Source: Polyangiaceae bacterium (GTDB lineage Bacteria; Myxococcota_A; Polyangia; Polyangiales; Polyangiaceae). Taken from it: a stretch of 64,000 nt of DNA. Below the pieces are notes generated by a model. The model ran no database searches and was not told the DNA's origin. It worked only from the letters and a program-made list of their open reading frames with translations. Where the stretch lies: contig JBGANF010000021.1 in the NCBI GenBank assembly GCA_044222475.1, forward strand, positions 17,763 through 81,762, given 5' to 3'. Positions 33,829-42,060 of this stretch are shown here, piece after piece. Within the stretch, counting starts at the first letter, position 1. Each line of letters starts with the position of its first letter. Both the position numbers and the translations under genes were made by a program.

Positions 33829-34800
33829 CTAGGTGGGCTGTGCGTGGTCAGCTCGTCTCGCCGCCTCGATTTGCTCGGTGAGATAGTCGACCACTCGCTC
33901 GAAGGGGTCGAAGCCGAACGCCTTGCCAATGGCCGGCCTCAAGTTCGAGTTCGCGTTGATGTCGTAGAAAACGAGCCGTCCGTCGTCGGTTTCGAGGTAC
34001 TCGAGACCCGCGACGTCGAGCCCGCCCGCAACGACGATCCGCTTCCCGGTCGCAACCGCTTCCAGCGGAACGTCTGCATACGGATGAAACTCGACCGGCG
34101 CCGTCGGGGCGCGCTCCGGGACCGCACACGCTCCCTCGCCGCTCTCGGGATTGCAGATCTCCGAGGGGCAAAGGTTGAAGGCCCCGTGAGACACGACCCT
34201 CATGGCGTAGAGCAGCTCTCCACCGACGAGCTCCATGCGGACGATGCCTCGAGAGGGGTCCGTCGGGAAGTACTCTTGAAGAACGAGTAACTGGTCGGGA
34301 CGCCAGATGTCTGGGGTGACTGCGATGGTGCGTTCGAGCTCGTCGAACGACTCGAGCAGAAACATTCGTGCGCCGCTGCCACCCTGCTCCGGCTTCAACA
34401 GCGCCGGCCATTGGCTCCATCGATCGCGCACCGCGGCGACGTCGTTGAACGCGAGCGACCTCGGATGGTCGACGCCGAGTTTCTTCAAGAGGCTCCCTTG
34501 GACGCTCTTGCTGAGCTCGAGCGCGAACGCTCGAGAGCCGTTCAGGACTCGTGCGCCCGCGATCTCGAGAGCGCGCATCAGCGACAACGCGAAAGGAACG
34601 GCCCGCGTGTTTCCGCGGAGGTATGCGCTGGGGCTCGCCTGGTTGAAGTAGAGCGGTGCGTCGGGGACGAGGTCGACGTCGAATGCAGCGTTCTTGAGGT
34701 CGAACGGAACGAACGCGACGCCGCGGCGCTCGAGGGCGGCGAACAGCGGCCGTTGCCACTCCGGATGCTCGTGGAGAACTACCAAATCGGGTCGGGCCAT
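33829..34800 (-). CDS. RimK-like ATP-grasp ligase
   Basis: WPALLKPEQGGSG, LQEY, AGLEYL, FYDINANSN. Confidence 0.85.
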   Translation of the reverse strand: MARPDLVVLHEHPEWQRPLFAALERRGVAFVPFDLKNAAFDVDLVPDAPLYFNQASPSAYLRGNTRAVPFALSLMRALEIAGARVLNGSRAFALELSKSVQGSLLKKLGVDHPRSLAFNDVAAVRDRWSQWPALLKPEQGGSGARMFLLESFDELERTIAVTPDIWRPDQLLVLQEYFPTDPSRGIVRMELVGGELLYAMRVVSHGAFNLCPSEICNPESGEGACAVPERAPTAPVEFHPYADVPLEAVATGKRIVVAGGLDVAGLEYLETDDGRLVFYDINANSNLRPAIGKAFGFDPFERVVDYLTEQIEAARRADHAQPT

Positions 34801-34875
34801 GGGCCACACTTGCCCCGTTCCATCGTTTCGTTCAAGGCCTTCCTACGGAAGAACCCCGGATTGGGCTGGATCGTT

Positions 34876-34897
34876 TGAATACGGAGATCCGTATTCA
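34876..34897. promoter_or_regulatory. Perfect inverted repeat, probable operator
   Basis: TGAATACGGA-GA-TCCGTATTCA between divergent genes, just upstream of TACGAT (34903-34908). Confidence 0.7.
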
Positions 34898-34915
34898 TCC
34901 GGTACGATGGTGACG

Positions 34916-35632
34916 ATGGCCGCCAAGAGGAACCCCGCCGCCCGCGCACGTCCGACCGCCCTCGTCCGCGCGCAACACGACGAGCCGCCGGTCAAGCTCA
35001 CCACGAAGGAGCGCGCGCTCCTCGACGAGTGCCTTGCTCGCGGTCGAGGCTTCGTCCGCAAGACGGAGGCCGAGCTGATCGAGTTCGGCGCGTGGCTGCT
35101 CACCGAGGTGTTCCAAGGCGACGCGAGCGCAGCGCTCGACGACAAGAGCACGAACCCGATCTGGATGGCGCTCCTGGATCGCGCAGGCGGACCGACCTTG
35201 GCCGTCTCGCGCAATGTCCTCTACGCGGCGTTGAAGGTGGCGGCCTACGACAAGAGGATCACAGCCCAGCCCTGGCAGGGGCTCGACGTGGCTCGAAAGA
35301 CACTCTTGTTTCCGCTCGCGGATGACCACGCCATTCAGAAAGCAGCGAAGCACGTCACCGACTTCAGCCTGACGCAGTCGGCGACGCGGCAGTACGTCAC
35401 CGCGCTGCTTCAGGACGAGGGGCGAGCTCGCCAGATTCGACTGACGCCGTCCGGTCTCGTGTCGCGGGTGAAGAAGCTTCGGGAAACTCTCGACACGCCC
35501 GCGATCGTCCGCCATGTGAGCGCGATGAGCCACGAGATGAGCGCCAAGGAGCGAGCCGAAGTCGCGACGGAGCTCGCGCACTTGCGTGACGTACTCGGCC
35601 GTCTCTCGAAGGCAGTTCGCGGACCGGGATGA
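34916..35632 (+). CDS. Hypothetical alpha-helical protein, possibly DNA-binding (loosely YhcG N-terminal-like)
   Basis: Clean ORF with ATGA overlap to the nuclease gene; family resemblance by eye only. Confidence 0.65.
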   Translation: MAAKRNPAARARPTALVRAQHDEPPVKLTTKERALLDECLARGRGFVRKTEAELIEFGAWLLTEVFQGDASAALDDKSTNPIWMALLDRAGGPTLAVSRNVLYAALKVAAYDKRITAQPWQGLDVARKTLLFPLADDHAIQKAAKHVTDFSLTQSATRQYVTALLQDEGRARQIRLTPSGLVSRVKKLRETLDTPAIVRHVSAMSHEMSAKERAEVATELAHLRDVLGRLSKAVRGPG

Positions 35633-36897
35633 GCCGTCTCGACACCCTCATCGAGCGCTGGCGCGAGGACCCGGGCGCCACCTACCGAAACTGGTTTCTC
35701 TGGGAGGAGCGACTCAAGAATTTTCGCTCCATCCGGCGTGGCATCGCAGTGGTGGTGTCGGCGATCGAAGCCGGCTCCTTCGGGACCGTCTACAAGGGAT
35801 CCTCGCTCGAGACGGTGGTCGGATCCATCGCCGAGCAGCGGCAGATCTTCAAAGGCGCCGATCACGCCTTTCTGTGGAAGCCGAAGCTGCGGATCCCGGA
35901 CATCTACGAAAATCGGGGGCATCAGGTCGCGTTCGCGCGATTCCTCGATACGTGCGCGTGCTGCACGACCGATGCGGCGCTCCTCGCAGCGATCCACGAG
36001 TTGAACGAGCGGAAGATCAAGGGGCTCGGTCCGGCGGCGGCGAATCTCCTCTACTTCCTGCACCCGACTCTCGCGCCGCCCTTCAACACCGCGATCGTCG
36101 CCGGCTACAACGCCCTCACTGGCTCGAAGGTCAAGCTCGGGCGCTGGGACGAGTACCTCGCGATGCGCGAAGGGATGCTCCGGATCAACGCGGCCCATCG
36201 CGCGCTCCTCTCGAACGATCTCGGAGCGGTGGCAGGGCTCGCGTTCGACGTAGGAAGCGGTCGCTTCACGGTGCCTCCCGCGACCGATGATCCGAATGCG
36301 ATGAAGGCGTGGGAAGAGGATCTCGCCCGCGTCCGCGAAGCTGCGCGCACCGAAGAGAAGGCACGCGCCGCCCAGCGCGACGGCGATCGCAGCCACACCG
36401 AGATCCAGGGGTGGCTCCGCGATCTGGGCCACGCTCTCGGGTTCGACGTGTGGATCGCGGCGAATGATCGTAGCCGCAGCCTCGGCGCGGGCGCGCTTGG
36501 CGACGGGTGCCTCACCGAGCTCCCGCCGGCGATCGCGTCGCTTCCGGGCGCGGACTCCGTGCGCTTGATCGACGTTCTGTGGCTGAAGCGTGGTTCGGAG
36601 CAGGTGGAGGCCGCGTTCGAGGTCGAGCACACGACTTCGATCTACTCTGGCATCATGCGGATGCTCGACCTCGCTCTCGGTGGAACGGGCGAGCCCCTTC
36701 GAGGTCTGTTCCTCGTCGCACCCGACGGGCGTGAGCACGAAGTTCGTGCGCAGCTACAGCGGCCCGCCTTCCGGCGCGTCGCGGACCTCGCCGTTCGTTA
36801 CCTGCCCTACAGCGAGCTCGCGAAGCATCGAGAGGCAATCGCCAGGTTCGGGCAGGGCTTGAAGCCGATCGAGGCGATCGCGCGGGTCCTCGTGTAG
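35629..36897 (+). CDS. Restriction-endonuclease-like PD-(D/E)XK nuclease
   Basis: C-terminal HTEIQGWL, IDVLWL, AAFEVEHTTSIYSGIMRMLDL. Confidence 0.75.
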   Translation: MSRLDTLIERWREDPGATYRNWFLWEERLKNFRSIRRGIAVVVSAIEAGSFGTVYKGSSLETVVGSIAEQRQIFKGADHAFLWKPKLRIPDIYENRGHQVAFARFLDTCACCTTDAALLAAIHELNERKIKGLGPAAANLLYFLHPTLAPPFNTAIVAGYNALTGSKVKLGRWDEYLAMREGMLRINAAHRALLSNDLGAVAGLAFDVGSGRFTVPPATDDPNAMKAWEEDLARVREAARTEEKARAAQRDGDRSHTEIQGWLRDLGHALGFDVWIAANDRSRSLGAGALGDGCLTELPPAIASLPGADSVRLIDVLWLKRGSEQVEAAFEVEHTTSIYSGIMRMLDLALGGTGEPLRGLFLVAPDGREHEVRAQLQRPAFRRVADLAVRYLPYSELAKHREAIARFGQGLKPIEAIARVLV

Positions 36898-36903
36898 CGC
36901 GGG

Positions 36904-36933
36904 TTGACTGGCACCTTTAAGGTGCCATACTCT
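36904..36933 (+). promoter_or_regulatory. mqsRA promoter with MqsA-type operator
   Basis: TTGACT-N18-TACTCT flanking the palindrome TGGCACCTT-T-AAGGTGCCA (ACCT-N3-AGGT core). Confidence 0.75.
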
Positions 36934-36942
36934 ACGGCGTGC

Positions 36943-37245
36943 GTGGAGAAGAAAAAGCCTCACTACAGCCTCGACACGATCAAGGCGACGTTCGTAACCG
37001 TCAAGGCTCTCCGGATCACGAAGAGCGCTACGACGTGCACGGAGTCCCTGGGGCTCACGCTGGAGGTCGTCGTGACCATCATCCAGAGCATGACGAGAGA
37101 GCAGTTCTACAAATCGATGACGGCGTACGCAAACAACGCGATCTGGCAAGACGTCTACCACGTGCCCCACGGCGTCACCGTGCTCTACGTGAAGTTCACG
37201 ACTGACGCCGAGGGCTATCTCGTCATCGGGTTCAAGGAGAAGTAG
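36943..37245 (+). CDS. mqsR: MqsR family mRNA interferase toxin
   Basis: EKKKPHYSL, FYKSMT, WQDVYH, LYVKF, FKEK. Confidence 0.92.
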   Translation: MEKKKPHYSLDTIKATFVTVKALRITKSATTCTESLGLTLEVVVTIIQSMTREQFYKSMTAYANNAIWQDVYHVPHGVTVLYVKFTTDAEGYLVIGFKEK

Positions 37246-37247
37246 CG

Positions 37248-37724
37248 ATGGGCAAGGAGATCAAGACGCAGCCGTGTCCCGAATGCGGTGGCACCATGCG
37301 GTACGAGAAGCACGACGACGTCATCGTCTACGAGGAACGTTCGCGCACGATCAAGACGCTCGGATGGTGGTGCACGAAGTGTGACGAGGCCATCCTCACC
37401 GGTGAGCCGCTGGTCGCCCACGAGAGGGCGTTCCAGCAGCTCAAGGCCGAGGTCGAGGGCGTTCTTGGACCGAAAGAGGTCATCCGAGCTCGCGCGGCAC
37501 TTGGGCTCAGCCAGCGCAAAGCCGGAGAGATCCTCGGCGGTGGACCACGTGCATTTCAGAAGTACGAGTCGGGTAAACAGGCATTGAGCGTTGCGATGAG
37601 TCACTTGCTTCGCTTGCTGGCGAGTGATCCGTCACGTCTTCGCGAGATCCATGGTCCAGCGAAGACGAAGGTCTCTTCGCGCGCACGGCCGAAGCGCGCT
37701 GAGCGGGCCGTTTCGAAAGGGTAA
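37248..37724 (+). CDS. mqsA: MqsA family antitoxin
   Basis: CPEC...CTKC zinc finger plus HTH LGLSQRKAGEILGGGPRAFQKYESG. Confidence 0.92.
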   Translation: MGKEIKTQPCPECGGTMRYEKHDDVIVYEERSRTIKTLGWWCTKCDEAILTGEPLVAHERAFQQLKAEVEGVLGPKEVIRARAALGLSQRKAGEILGGGPRAFQKYESGKQALSVAMSHLLRLLASDPSRLREIHGPAKTKVSSRARPKRAERAVSKG

Positions 37725-37766
37725 CCCGCGGGGTCACTCGTGCATGCTCGGTGCGCGAGCTAGCCT
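37719..37766 (+). promoter_or_regulatory. N7 operator box plus -10 element
   Basis: GGGTAAC-CCGCGGG-GTCAC, 23 nt, TAGCCT. Confidence 0.6.
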
Positions 37767-37820
37767 GAATGAATCGGTGGCCGCGACGGTCACGCAACGA
37801 CGCTCAGCGAGTACCCAAAG

Positions 37821-39332
37821 ATGATGTCCAGCCACGAACGGGTCGTCCGGTTTGCTCTCGGCTTGCCGCTAGCGTTGGCTTGTCTCGCGGGATGCGGTGG
37901 TGCCGAAGCGACTGCGCCGGGTGACGGCGGGGTCGATGGGGCAGCGACCGTTCCTCTGAGCGATTTCGCGTCGATCGGCGAGGTCGCGGTCCTTCAGGGT
38001 GTGAAGGTGAGCGTCGGGCAGGACGGCGCTCCGATCAAAGAGACGGCTCCCGTCGTGTCCAATCGCCCGATGCTCGTCAGGGTCTTCATCAAGGCCGTTC
38101 CGGGCGAACGCTTCCGTGCACGGACGCTGAAGGGTACGCTCGTCGTCGTCCAGCCGGATGCCAGCGAGCAGGAGGTCACGGACCAGCGCGCCATCGCGGC
38201 GGCGAGCACCGACGGCGTACTCGGCTCATCGCTCAATTTCTCGGTCCCCGCGGACCAGGTCCAGGAAGGTACTTCGTTCCGCGTCCGCATCACCGACAGC
38301 GCGGGGGGCGTGCTCACGTATCCGGCCGACGGCGTGGACTCGCTCCGCGCCGCCCGGAGCGGCGACATCAAGATTCGCGTGGTGCCGATCAACTACTCGG
38401 GTGGAACGACGGTTCGGCTACCGGACACATCGGCGTCTCAGCTCGATCGGTACAAGAGCACGCTCTTCCGCATGTACCCGACGGCGACGGTCTCCGTGAC
38501 GCTTCGACAGCCGCTCGACTGGTCGACTCCGGTCGCTCCGGATGGTACGGGGTGGGACGAGGTTCTGAACGCGGTCGCCGAGGCGCGCTTCAACGACAAC
38601 GTACCAGACGACATCTACTACGTCGGCGCCCTCGCACCCGAGGCGACCCTCTCCGCATATTGCTTCGGCGGGTGCGTCCTTGGGTTGGCCCCGCTCGCGG
38701 GTCCCTCCGACGTCGCCGCCCGCGTCGCGCTGGTGGCGGGCTTCGGAGGCTCGGTGTCTGCGACGACACTCCTTCAGGAGCTCGGGCACGCGATGGGGCG
38801 CGAGCACGCAAAGTGCGGTGGCGCTGCTGGTCCCGATCCGAAGTTTCCCTACCCGAACGGCGCGATAGGGAGCTGGGGCTACGACCTCGCAACCCAGACG
38901 CTCTTGGCGCCGGACGACTACCGCGACTTCATGGGGTATTGTCAGCCCGTTTGGATCTCCGACTACACGTGGGCGGGTCTGTTCAAGCGCCTCGACTACG
39001 TACGAAAGACGACGCTCGGCAAAGCGATCGTCGGCGGAGCGACTCGATCGGGAGATCGTGTGCGAGCGATCCGTCTCGATCCCACGAAGGGGATCGCGCA
39101 CTGGGGTTCGCAAATCCTGGGCATGCCGGCGCCGGCAGCCGCGACGGCCCGAGTGACGTTCTCGGATGGTGCCTTGGCTCGCGAACGTGAGGTGCCGGTT
39201 CAAGACCTTCCGACCCTCCGCGGGTCGCAGCTCTTCGTTCCTGCCGACCTCCCCATGCCGCGCACGCTGAAGCTCTATGGTGCAACGTTCACGGTGTCGC
39301 TTGCTTCCATTGCGAACCCGGGGACCCAGTAA
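37821..39332 (+). CDS. M66-like metallopeptidase lipoprotein with variant zinc motif
   Basis: Lipobox LAGC; QELGHAMGREH, GSWGYD, DFMGYC (Met-turn), WISDY. Confidence 0.75.
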   Translation: MMSSHERVVRFALGLPLALACLAGCGGAEATAPGDGGVDGAATVPLSDFASIGEVAVLQGVKVSVGQDGAPIKETAPVVSNRPMLVRVFIKAVPGERFRARTLKGTLVVVQPDASEQEVTDQRAIAAASTDGVLGSSLNFSVPADQVQEGTSFRVRITDSAGGVLTYPADGVDSLRAARSGDIKIRVVPINYSGGTTVRLPDTSASQLDRYKSTLFRMYPTATVSVTLRQPLDWSTPVAPDGTGWDEVLNAVAEARFNDNVPDDIYYVGALAPEATLSAYCFGGCVLGLAPLAGPSDVAARVALVAGFGGSVSATTLLQELGHAMGREHAKCGGAAGPDPKFPYPNGAIGSWGYDLATQTLLAPDDYRDFMGYCQPVWISDYTWAGLFKRLDYVRKTTLGKAIVGGATRSGDRVRAIRLDPTKGIAHWGSQILGMPAPAAATARVTFSDGALAREREVPVQDLPTLRGSQLFVPADLPMPRTLKLYGATFTVSLASIANPGTQ

Positions 39333-39387
39333 CCGACGGGTGCGACGGCGGCGGGGGCTTCGTGGTCTTCGCGTTGCCGTAGTCCAG

Positions 39388-40128
39388 ATGACGTTCGGCC
39401 GCCAACGGCTCGAGCGGTCCGGGCTTCAGTCGCCAGCGGTGCTGCTCTGCGGCGCTGCGGTAGTGGTCGCCTGCGAGCACCCTCGATACCCCACCGCGGA
39501 CGGCACACTGATCGACGTGGCTTCCCCGACGATCGTGCTTACTGCCGACGCGGTGCATCCGACCCTCACGGTATCCAACGTCGACGCGCGCGGGCGTTGC
39601 CTGCGCCTCACTGGCCTTCGTGCGACCGTGAACGGCGAGGACCAGTCGCTTGCCTTTGCTGGCGGTGTCGTGCCCGAGGGCTGGTGTGCGCCCGCTTCGT
39701 TCACGCTTGGCCGTTTCCCCGACTCGAGCCGAAGCGCTGATGCCATCGAGGTTCGAGACGAGACGCACACCTTGTCAGCGCAGTTCCCCAACGTCTTGAC
39801 CCCATCGAACTGGCGGATCCGACCTCCAGACACCGCCGCCCCGGGCGAGGCGTTCATAGTCGCTCTCACGCCGAAGCCATCGGCCGGCGTCGCATCGACC
39901 GACCCGGGGGCGTTTCTCCTCGTCATGGTGGACGGCGAGCCGGTTCCCCGAGCGATACTCCCCACTGGCGACATTCTGGTGTCCCTTCCTCGCGGAGCGT
40001 CAACTCACGAGACGGAGGTTTGGATATCGTCCGAGCAGTCTAGCGTTCCTTCGCTCGAGTGTTCAGCCGCTCGCTGCCGAGCCACCTCGCAGGTCCATGT
40101 CCGAGCCCCAATCCGAATCGCGCGCTGA
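39388..40128 (+). CDS. Hypothetical protein, possible lipoprotein
   Basis: VVVAC lipobox-like motif; no recognised domain; start uncertain. Confidence 0.5.
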   Translation: MTFGRQRLERSGLQSPAVLLCGAAVVVACEHPRYPTADGTLIDVASPTIVLTADAVHPTLTVSNVDARGRCLRLTGLRATVNGEDQSLAFAGGVVPEGWCAPASFTLGRFPDSSRSADAIEVRDETHTLSAQFPNVLTPSNWRIRPPDTAAPGEAFIVALTPKPSAGVASTDPGAFLLVMVDGEPVPRAILPTGDILVSLPRGASTHETEVWISSEQSSVPSLECSAARCRATSQVHVRAPIRIAR

Positions 40129-40131
40129 CCA

Positions 40132-40392
40132 TCACTTGGGAGAGGCGGCGGATACGTAGTCGACTTGGCAATACGCTTGATGTTGCCAGCTCAAGCAATG
40201 GACGACGACGTCACGTCCGCACCCGCGGTAGAGGTGCTCGCCTGGACCCAAGTTGTAGCGGTTCGGGACCAGGGTCGCGAAGTCCGACTGAGGGCACGAA
40301 ATGGCCGCTGCCGCGACCTTCTTTCCCTCGCTCCAGGTGGGCGCGCAGGCGACGACGACGCCACTAACGCCCAAAAGCAGCAACCAACGCAT
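40132..40392 (-). CDS. Small Cys-containing lipoprotein
   Basis: TGATG overlap with upstream gene, MRWLLLLGVSGVVVAC, four further Cys. Confidence 0.6.
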   Translation of the reverse strand: MRWLLLLGVSGVVVACAPTWSEGKKVAAAAISCPQSDFATLVPNRYNLGPGEHLYRGCGRDVVVHCLSWQHQAYCQVDYVSAASPK

Positions 40393-40661
40393 CAGCCGCA
40401 CGAGGACTTGCCCCCGCCTCCGGTGCCCCCGCCGCCGGCGCCGCCGCAGCTCGAACGCTCACCCTTGGCTCCCGCGCAGCCGGCCTTCTCATGAACGCCT
40501 CCATCCCTCGCGGCGCTGCTGCCGACGACCGCCGGCGTGGCGGTGGGCGTTGCGCTACCGCCGCAGGCCGCGGCACCGGCGAGACCCGCGGTGATGCCTG
40601 CGACGGCGGCAAGGACGAGCGCCGTGCGTTTGTCGTGTGACGGTCGATGCTTCATGGTCAT
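40392..40661 (-). CDS. Small Gly-rich exported peptide with repeated [KR]xxC motifs
   Basis: Signal with AAAC, then HEKAGC, ERSSCG, GKSSCG*. Confidence 0.65.
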   Translation of the reverse strand: MTMKHRPSHDKRTALVLAAVAGITAGLAGAAACGGSATPTATPAVVGSSAARDGGVHEKAGCAGAKGERSSCGGAGGGGTGGGGKSSCG

Positions 40662-40696
40662 CGACCTAAGTTGCTTCGCCTCGAAGCTCTGCACAA

Positions 40697-40715
40697 GTGT
40701 CACCCGATCGGTCAC
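40697..40715. promoter_or_regulatory. N7 operator box
   Basis: GTGTCAC-CCGATCG-GTCAC, 35 nt from ATG 40661; overlaps the upstream stop codon. Confidence 0.55.
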
Positions 40716-41374
40716 GCGGGCGACGACGCGGCTCGATCGTCCACCTCCGGCACTCGATGCGCGCGACAGCACTCGGGGACCTGCGCACGTATCGCGGCGA
40801 TGGCCTTGGCGACTTTCTCCAGAAAATCGCCTTCACTCTCGATGAACACGCGCGAGCGATGTCCGCTCCACGCAGCTTCGATGCGACGATCGAGAGCGAG
40901 TGCGTCGCTGGCCTCCTCGACTCGCTGGGGATTGGCGTGATCGTACCCACGATCCGCACGAGGGGTTCGCAGGTGGATCACGGCTCCGTAGCGCTCGAGC
41001 TCTTCGGCACGGTCGATGCCCAACGAGGCGCACGCGGACCCCGCGCCGTCGGGCCAATACGCAAGGCCGTCGACCGTCCCTCGATCGCACAGCGCGATGG
41101 CGGCTCGTGCTTCACCGATCACGATCATCTCCATCGCCCGCTGCACACGGAAGATGGCCTCCTGCGTCGCGCGTCGCCCCGGATCGGTATCGTGGCGGGG
41201 AAAACCTCCGCGGAACAAAACGGTCGCGGCCTCGGGGAGGACGACCACGTGCTCGCAAAACGCTCGCCGCACGATCTCGAGAACGGCCGTCTTGCCGCCA
41301 CCGGGCCCGCCGGTCAGCGCGATGAGCCGACAGCCATGGGTCACATCTCGACACTCACACGCGTGGTCGCTCAT
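40712..41374 (-). CDS. NadR/Ttd14-like (AAA_28) P-loop kinase/ATPase
   Basis: LTGGPGGGKT, PEAAT, CDRGTVDGLAY; N-terminal HACEC...HGC. Confidence 0.85.
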   Translation of the reverse strand: MSDHACECRDVTHGCRLIALTGGPGGGKTAVLEIVRRAFCEHVVVLPEAATVLFRGGFPRHDTDPGRRATQEAIFRVQRAMEMIVIGEARAAIALCDRGTVDGLAYWPDGAGSACASLGIDRAEELERYGAVIHLRTPRADRGYDHANPQRVEEASDALALDRRIEAAWSGHRSRVFIESEGDFLEKVAKAIAAIRAQVPECCRAHRVPEVDDRAASSPA

Positions 41375-42060
41375 CGTCTCCTCCCAAGTGAGTCGGCGTC
41401 GAGGAACGCGGACGGCTCGAGCCGAAAGCGGTCAGCGCAGGCGTCGGAGCAGAAGGCGAACGTGATGCCGTCGAAGCGTAGCGACACCGTCGGCGTCCTC
41501 ACGTGCATCCGACACACCGGATCGATCGCGTCTGCGGGTGTGGCGGTGGTGGTCGCGTTCGCGAGGAGCGACCAGACGCCGACGGGGTGAGCGATGTTCT
41601 TCAGGGCGACCTCGCCGAGCAGCACCACTCGGCAGAGGTTCTCCTTCGTCGCCGCAACCGCGACGATCTCGTTGCAGAGCACCTCCCCGGCGCGGGCGTG
41701 AGCGCCGATGCGCGCCGCGAGGTTGACTGCGCCGCCGAAGTAGTCTCCACCGCGCTCCACCGCGGGACCGGCGGAGAGACCGGCGCGCAAACCGAGGAAC
41801 TGGGGCTCTGCGGAGGCCCGCGCCAGCATGGCGAAGATGCTGAGGACGCACGGAGCCGGGACCTGGCTCGTCAGCATGACGGCGTCGCCGATGCGCTTCA
41901 CGATTCGAGCGTCGTCCCGGAGAGTGGACTCTGCCATCGCGTAGAATCGCTGTGCGCAATCGGCGGCGTCGATGTCCCCGTGTTGCTCCGTCAGCGCGGT
42001 GTAGCCTGCCATGTCGACGAACGCAAACGTTCGAACCGGCTCGTCTTCGCTCCGCGTCAT
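41371..42060 (-). CDS. Class III adenylate cyclase with C-terminal YHS domain
   Basis: FVDMAGYT, KRIGDAVM, GDYFGGAVNLAARI, LKNI; IDPVCRM...FAFCSDACADRF. Confidence 0.88.
   Translation of the reverse strand: MTRSEDEPVRTFAFVDMAGYTALTEQHGDIDAADCAQRFYAMAESTLRDDARIVKRIGDAVMLTSQVPAPCVLSIFAMLARASAEPQFLGLRAGLSAGPAVERGGDYFGGAVNLAARIGAHARAGEVLCNEIVAVAATKENLCRVVLLGEVALKNIAHPVGVWSLLANATTTATPADAIDPVCRMHVRTPTVSLRFDGITFAFCSDACADRFRLEPSAFLDADSLGRRR

Noticed and set aside
33829..34800. ATP-grasp ligase as a RiPP (graspetide) maturase for the 40392..40661 peptide
   Set aside because: Not adjacent, and the peptide lacks typical Thr/Asp graspetide core repeats
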